DNA from: the human T2T-CHM13v2.0 reference genome, Homo sapiens
Length of the DNA stretch: 64,000 nucleotides
Direction: 5' to 3' (one strand)
Assembly (NCBI RefSeq): GCF_009914755.1
Contig: NC_060947.1
Part shown: positions 54,201 to 64,000 of the stretch, in pieces
Position numbering within the stretch: the first letter of the stretch is position 1
Layout: each line of letters opens with the position of its first letter
Position numbers and translations under genes: made by a program
The notes under the pieces: generated by a model
What the model saw: the letters and a program-made list of their open reading frames with translations, nothing else
What the model was told of the DNA's origin: nothing
Database searches by the model: none

Positions 54201-54568
54201 TGTATTAGTCCGTTTTCACACTGCTGATAAAGACATACCTGAGACTGGGCAATTTACAAGGAAAGAAGTTTAATGGAGAACTCACAGTTCCACATGGCTG
54301 GGGAAGCCTCATAATCACAGTGGAAGGCAAGGAGAAACAAGTCACATCTTACGTGGATGGCAGCAGGGAAAGAAAGAGATTGTGCAGGCAAATTCCCGTT
54401 TTTAAAGCCATCACATGTTGCGAGACTTATGCACTATCACAAGAACAGCACAGGAAAGACCCACCCTCATGATTCAATTATCTCCCACTGGGTACCTCTC
54501 ACAACACGTGGGAATTATGGGAGATACAAAATGAGATTTGGGTGGGGACATAGAGCCAAACCATATCA
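54201..54568 (-). mobile_element. THE1-type MaLR solo LTR
   Basis: tgtattagtccgttttcacactgctgataaagacatacc...gccaaaccatatca, 368 bp. Confidence 0.92.
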
Positions 54569-56399
54569 TACCGAATTGTGTTTAGCAAGGTAGAAGTTTT
54601 ACAAAACAAGTTCAAGGCAAGGGAGCTTAGAGTACTGTCAAGAGTGTTATCAAAATGATGAAGCATGGGATCTAAGTTAAGTAATGAGGGAAATAAAAAA
54701 GGAGATCCTTGATAGACTTGGAGGAAGTAGAAGGATCGATAAACTATAGGAGCTGAGAAATGATTGTAGTGTTAGTAGTTGAAAATCTGTGAATAGGGGG
54801 TTGTGGCTAGAGGATTGGATGGTACAATTCATGATTTAAACTAACTTGTAATTCTGGAGTGAAGTGGTTTCAGATAATAACAGGATCTCTGGTATGACTA
54901 TCAGTGTGTGTGGCTAAGGTGAAAGAGAAAAGCCACCTGAGATATGGATTTCAAATAACTGAGTAGTCAGATGTTGCATTGTTTATCCTTGGGGATGTTG
55001 AAATCACTGAGGATAGTGGCAGATCTTGAGGTAGGAAGAAAGGATGTGAACAGGGGCCAAAGTCATTGATAAATGAAGGGGAGTGGCCCAAAGGTAAATC
55101 TAGGAATGACTAGAAGTGAAAGAGGGGATATAATTGAATGAACTCAAAGCATCAGGTTTGGGTTTTATAGTTTACACTTTTATTTCAGTAGCATAGGAAT
55201 TTAATGGTCTGAAAGCAGAAATGGGGGCAAGGAGGACACCAACCCTACCCTTCATCTTGCTCTGAGGACAGAAAAGAAAAGCCCTACTCCAAAGGGCTGC
55301 AGTGGTGGCCCAGGTTTCACTTAAGGTCAGGGATGAAGGGAACTCTTGATGACAAGGCTGAGGATATAGAAGGGTTTGCTGGATACAGTGAGACAATTCT
55401 AGAGGGCACAGAGAAAAATTTCTAGGGCTGGGAGAGGAATGGAGTGCTGGATGAGGAGTAAGGATGTACATGGCATTATAAGGATGATAGTGGAATAGAG
55501 GCTAGATGTCAGTTGTAGGAGAAGTGATGACCACTTGGATTTAGCCTCAACAGACTCTTGAGGAGTCTGTGGATTTAGCCTCAACAGACTGTTACAGGGA
55601 ATGGAAACTAGCCCTAATGGCCAGAGTTTCCTCAGTGTAGCATCTATAGTCTCTACCTATTTGAACTAACATGGTGGTAAACCCAGAAGTTACGGTTTCT
55701 GCACTGGTATGATCTGGAATGGCACTAGTCCCAGATGAGGTGGCTTCAGTCTTGATCCTTGTAGCCTCTGGTAGTGGTGTCTTTGGTGGCTAGAGTTCTA
55801 CTTCTCTGACCAAATCCTTCTACCTCTTTAGTTTTTATGTCTTTGTTGTCACTACAGCTATTCTAGCTCATTTAACTCTCTTATTCTTCAATCTCTCCAT
55901 TATCTCCCAAGCAATCTATAAGCTGTCTTTTTCATTTCCAGCCCAGACAACCATCTTACCAATATTTTCAACGGCCTTGCCCCTAGTCTGTTCACTGTAC
56001 TTGTATAATAGCTGAATCCTGAACCTAGATCACACCAAAATGTCTACCTTCTATGTATGGGGTTTGGCTTTAGTCTCAATTGGGTTTTCAATAGTGCTAT
56101 GGACCCATGTGCCCTTTATTAGCACATTCTCTCACTCTCTCCTTCACCCAAGAAGATATTTAAGCCCTTCACCTGTTTTCCTAAGTTCCTTTGCCCCTGT
56201 CTCTCAGCAGATAACTTGGAATCCCACTTAACCATAAATATAGGGGCCAGAAGTAACCTAAACTTCTTGCCACCCAACCTGATACACCCCTCACAAACTT
56301 ACAGGCATCTAAGGTTAATCATGGCATCTATGCTGTGTATCCTCTTTCCTTCTTAGAAACCTTCAGCCATTATTTGACAACCTTCCCTCCCTGCTTTGT

Positions 56400-56404
<5 letters not shown>

Positions 56405-56469
<65 letters not shown>

Positions 56470-56482
56470 GCACATGCACACA
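56405..56482. repeat. (CT)n(CA)n compound microsatellite
   Basis: Directly visible. Confidence 0.97.
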
Positions 56483-56516
56483 CCTGCTAGGTACAAATAT
56501 GCTCAAGTATCATTCA

Positions 56517-56717
<201 letters not shown>

Positions 56718-57017
56718 TTATATTTTCACACAAGTGTTTCTCTGATATTTTCTTCATTTGTTATTAAGTCTATTTTGACATAATTAATTATACTTCCAAT
56801 GCACACTAGCTTGTGTAGGTGTGGAAGGGAGGGAAGGGAAGGGGACAGATGGGAAAGAAAGACAGAAGAGAATAGATGCTGACAAGGAAAGAAATGATGT
56901 TTCAATATGGCCTGTAGGAATACCACGTAGGTATTAGAATGTTGCTTACACAGAACATTTATTAATAGGGCAAAGTGTTTATAATGTATTTTAATTGAAA
57001 AGTAAGTTACAGACATA

Positions 57018-61333
<4,316 letters not shown>

Positions 61334-61339
61334 AACTTC

Positions 61340-61915
61340 AAATTTAGCTTCAAATTCAACCTATATGTTGATCACTTTCAAATCTATATTTCCAGGCAAG
61401 ACTTTGATCTCTCAAACTTCAAACTTTTATAGCCTGCTTACTATTATTCAGAATACCTTCTGAATGTCATTTCTATTCTCACATTCAAAGCTTGAGGATT
61501 CTGAAGGACTATAGAAAAGTGCTATGTTTTCCCCTGTGCCTTCTGCCTTATTCACTTAGATGCTCACTCTCTCTTGTTCCAGAACACTTTTTCACTTACT
61601 TTTTTTTCTATCAGAATTTACCCATCTAGCATCCATTCCCTTGAATCCTGGCAGATGACAAGTGCTAATCTTATTCATTCATTCGTATAGGTATTTGTCG
61701 AATGGCTAGTATGTTTGAGACACAGCATTGTCCATGGAGAATTTAATATAAGGCTATATCAGAGGAGATATAATTGATTAATCATTTTCCTGGTTATGTC
61801 AGTAACTGGCTGTGTGACCTTAGATTAAGTCAGTTACATTTTCTGGGCTTCCTCCTGTAAATTGAGAGGGTTAGAAATTTTCAGTTTCCTCCTGTAAATT
61901 GAGAGGGTTAGATTA
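61340..61915. repeat. L2 and MIR remnants, with a 27-bp direct duplication at about 61849-61912
   Basis: tatatgttgatcactttcaaatctatatttccag (L2), ggctgtgtgaccttag (MIR), and ttcctcctgtaaattgagagggttaga twice. Confidence 0.55.
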
Positions 61916-64000
61916 GCACAGTTTCTGGAATATGCCTGATTGTATCAATCACCAGAGCTGCTTGTTAAAAATAACAATTTCCAAGCATTTCCCCAAGGTA
62001 GGATTCAGTATGGTTTATCATGTCATGGATTTAACCACCTAAAATCCCTTGTATCAACCTTAACTCCAATGGGCAAACTCAAGAGCAAAAATCTCCATCT
62101 TCACAACTCAGAGTCCTTCTCCAGTCCTGCTCTGTCCCATCCTAGAAGGATATTCCTCTGCACTTCCAGTGCTAATGCCTTTCCATAGTCTTCCCCTACC
62201 CACCCCCTAGTTATAGGAGAGGTTGCAACTGTTGGGGTTAAAAGAAGGCATGGAATCAGGGAAGGCTGCATGGAGGAGGCTGCATTTGGTCTGGGCCTTG
62301 AGGGATAGGGCACAATTTCCCCAGATATGGAAAGAAAGAACTTTCCAGAAAGAAGCTATGGTGTGAATTAATTTATTTAAACTGTGTTGACTGTTATCTA
62401 CTATGTGCCAGGCTCTAAGAGCAAGGTGAAGAATGGCACAGGCTTTAGAGTCAGAGGGACTTGGGCTCCAATACCTGTTTTATTTTCATTCGACTCCCTT
62501 CTTACTGCCAATGACAACCTCCCGTTCTGGAGTCGCCCACTCCTACCCTCACTACTCAAGTGCAGTTGTCTAATGGGTAGCCATGTTGCCTCTCTTTCCA
62601 TGAAATTCCTGCTCCCGAGATATACTTTCTAGGGGGCTGTTTTCCCCTGCCCTGACACATTGGAGGTGCATTTTGGTTATTTAGAGCTTTGTCAGTAACA
62701 ACTTCAATTAAAGTATACAAACTCAATTGCAAAACTCCACGTTATCCACCCCTAATCTCTGGTCAGGGAAAGCCGTCTTGGCCTGTTTGCCCACATTTCA
62801 GTGTCCCCTCCCCAAGCTTCAGTGCACATGTGCAGTGGCTTATGATAGTCATGTTCTCTCCCTTTTTGTGAGGTGTGCACACCTGGTCTCCACAATTCCT
62901 CCCCAGGGGTCTGCATGGATGTGCTTGTGAGATTTGCTGCTTTAACCCATCAGTATTAGTATGAGGTTTATAACTGTGGTGACTCCATAGTTTGTTGTCC
63001 CTGGTTGGCCAGGCTGTAAAAGTGGCACTATTAATCATTACACTGTGACAAGAGTGACCGTATATCAAGCCTTGCACTTCAGGAAAGTAAGTCACAGAAC
63101 TGTCTGGGGCAAGCCATGATGTATAGTCACCTTATTTATACTCATATAGAAGCATTAACTCTAGGGTGCAAAATTGGGGGCAAAGATCTTTCTGTGTAAG
63201 CAGCGACTTGGCCTAGAAAGGCAGTTGAACCTTTTGGTGCTAAATCTGAGTATATTGTATTAGCCTTTTATAGTATTGGTCCTATTTGCTTGCAACAAAG
63301 TGGAGTCTAAAATCAGGGGGTATTGCCTGGTCTCACTGGTCTGCTTGTGATGTATTCATGAGGTAACAATCAATATTTGCCAGAGGTAGAGGATTAGATT
63401 GTCCTTAGTGTCGATTAGAATACCTTAAGCCAAAGTAGTTGTCAATATTTAAAGAATTTAAGAAGTTTTGGTTTAAAAATTCTATTAGCTTGAGTCAGCT
63501 CCAGCAGAGAGCAAGGTGAGAATTGAGTTCTAATCCCAGAGACCACCCAGCCAGGTTGGCCTATGGTAACCTAGAACCCTCACTGCCACAGTCAGGCTAG
63601 TCTTTGTCCTGAGATAGCAGCGACCCCACCCACTCCCATCTCAATGACCTGATGGCTCTGGTGGCCTCCCTAGGCCCAGGCAGTGCCTGCTGCTGCTTGT
63701 TTCTTGGCCCAGCCTGGGCAGGCCATCAAGGATGTGGTGCCTTTGGGCAGCAGACATGGTGGGGCAGGAAGAATGGCCGCAGCCCAAATGCTTAGGAGGG
63801 CTTTGAGGGGCCTTGAGATCTGAGAAGGTGGGTCAGTGTGGATGCCAGCTGGGTCACCTCAGCTTTAGACCATGGGCCCACTCAGGTCTGGGGATTTGGA
63901 GTCACTGCTGTGTCCCATTTGGATAAGATGCCACCTGGCCCTGGCAACAATAAATAAACGCCTTGCCAGATCAGTCAGTTGTGTGGAGCCCTGGACGAAC

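Noticed and set aside
62470-64000. Possible old LTR (about 62470-63130) and a GC-richer unique stretch at the window end
   Set aside because: I could not assign termini, TSD, coding homology or exon structure with confidence.

Overview
Primate, very probably human X-linked, genomic DNA dominated by L1, Alu, MaLR/ERV, L2/MIR and DNA-transposon relics. The unique core (about 15-31 kb) holds an unprocessed NLRP-family (NACHT-LRR) pseudogene on the + strand, which I recall as NLRP3P1. It has a large NACHT exon with one frameshift and three stops, plus three open LRR exons with intact splice sites. The testis gene TEX13B (312 aa) is nested antisense in one of its introns. Main observations: (1) TEX13B has an intact RanBP2-type zinc-finger C-terminus stranded in another frame of its 3' region, and removing one base at 26936 restores a 383-aa TEX13A-like protein; (2) a second, degenerate copy of the TEX13 C-terminus lies about 1.3 kb away, next to a cluster of perfect hairpins; (3) the NLR relic shows no pyrin exon but has a phase-compatible short candidate first exon; (4) a near-full-length L1 lacks exactly the 5'UTR intron (spliced integrant) and shares unusual variants with an inverted L1 20 kb away. 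Most long ORFs in the track are L1 fragments. Subfamily names and locus identity come from recall, not from a search.
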